Shown: in pieces, positions 63,208-64,000 of the stretch
Numbering within the stretch: the first letter of the stretch is position 1
Layout: every line of letters starts with the position of its first letter
Assembly: GCA_030390025.1 (NCBI GenBank)
Contig: JASTWF010000042.1
Coordinates: 434,001-498,000, forward strand
Length of the DNA: 64,000 bases
Reading direction: 5' to 3'
Origin: Squalus acanthias
Lineage: Eukaryota
Made by a program: the position numbers and the translations under genes
The notes under the pieces: model-generated
Told to the model about the DNA's origin: nothing
The model's database searches: none
Seen by the model: only the letters and a program-made list of their open reading frames with translations

Positions 63208-64000
63208 CTGGGAATCTGCCTCTTTCTGGGACTCTGCCTCTTTCTGGGACTCTGCCTCTTTCTGGGACTCTGCCTCTTTCTGGAACTCTGCCTGTTTCTG
63301 GGACTCTGCCTCTTTCTGGGACTCGACCTCTTTCTGGGACTCTGCCTCTTTCTGGGAATCTGCCTCTTTCTGGGACTCTGCCTCTTTCTGGGACTCTGCC
63401 TCTTTCTGGGACTCTGCCTCTTTCTGGGATTATGTCTCTCATGGACCCTGCCTCTTTCTGGGACTCTGCCTCTTTCTGGGACTCTGCCTCTTTCTGGGAC
63501 GTTGCCTCTTTCTGGGAATCTGCCTCTTTCTGGGACTCTGCCTCTTTCTGGGACTCTGCCTCTTTCTGGGACTCTGCCTCTCTCTGGGACGCTGCCTCTT
63601 TCTGGGAATCTGCCTCTTTCTGGGACTCTGCCTCATTCTGGGGCTCTGGCTATTTCTTGGTCTCTGCCTCTTTCTGGAACTCTGCCTCTTTCTGGGATTC
63701 TGACTCTTTCTGGGACTCTGACTCTTTCTGGGACTCTGCCTCTTTCTGGAACTCTGTCTCTCTGGGACTCTGCCTCTTTCTGGGACTATGTCTCTCATGG
63801 ACCCTGCCTCTTTCTGGGACTCTGCCTCTTTCTGGGACTCTGCCTCTTTCTGGGACTCTGCCTCTTTCTGGGACTCTGCCTCTTTCTGGGACTCTGCCTC
63901 TTTCTGGGACTCTGCCTCTTTCTGGGACTCGACCTCTTTCTGGGACTCTGCCTCTTTCTGGGACTCTGCCTCTTTCTGGGACTCTGGTTCTTTCTTGGTC
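63208..64000. repeat. 18-bp satellite (CTGGGACTCTGCCTCTTT)n
   Basis: About 44 tandem copies running to the window end; a variant block recurs about 357 bp apart. Confidence 0.95.

Noticed and set aside
62954-63798. ORFs with WDSASF or PERGRV repeats
   Set aside because: Translation artefacts of the 18-bp satellite.

Overview
Repeat-rich eukaryotic DNA, most likely from a cartilaginous fish. The inference rests on abundant CR1 LINEs with (AAGAACAT)n tails, an HE1-type V-SINE and a GPR139-like GPCR copy. No clearly intact host protein gene is present. Main contents: (1) a GPR139-like GPCR pseudogene at 1.2-2.1 kb; (2) a decaying ~1.97-kb tandem array of divergent tRNA-Ser(CGA)/tRNA-Asn-body pairs at 18.9-31.3 kb, with inverted outlier copies at 10.1-10.7 kb and 62.6-63.2 kb; (3) a 3.5-kb LTR retrovirus lacking gag and most of pol, with a tRNA-Ser primer-binding site, a candidate small membrane accessory ORF and a gamma-type env, inserted inside one tRNA-Asn acceptor stem; (4) a minus-strand multi-exon Ig-superfamily receptor (pseudo)gene at 46.5-55.2 kb; (5) a near-intact two-gene PIF/Harbinger transposon at 58.1-62.6 kb plus two related MITEs; (6) many CR1/L2 fragments, a CR1-derived 29-bp minisatellite and an 18-bp satellite. 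All calls come from reading the sequence; no searches were run and repeat boundaries are approximate.
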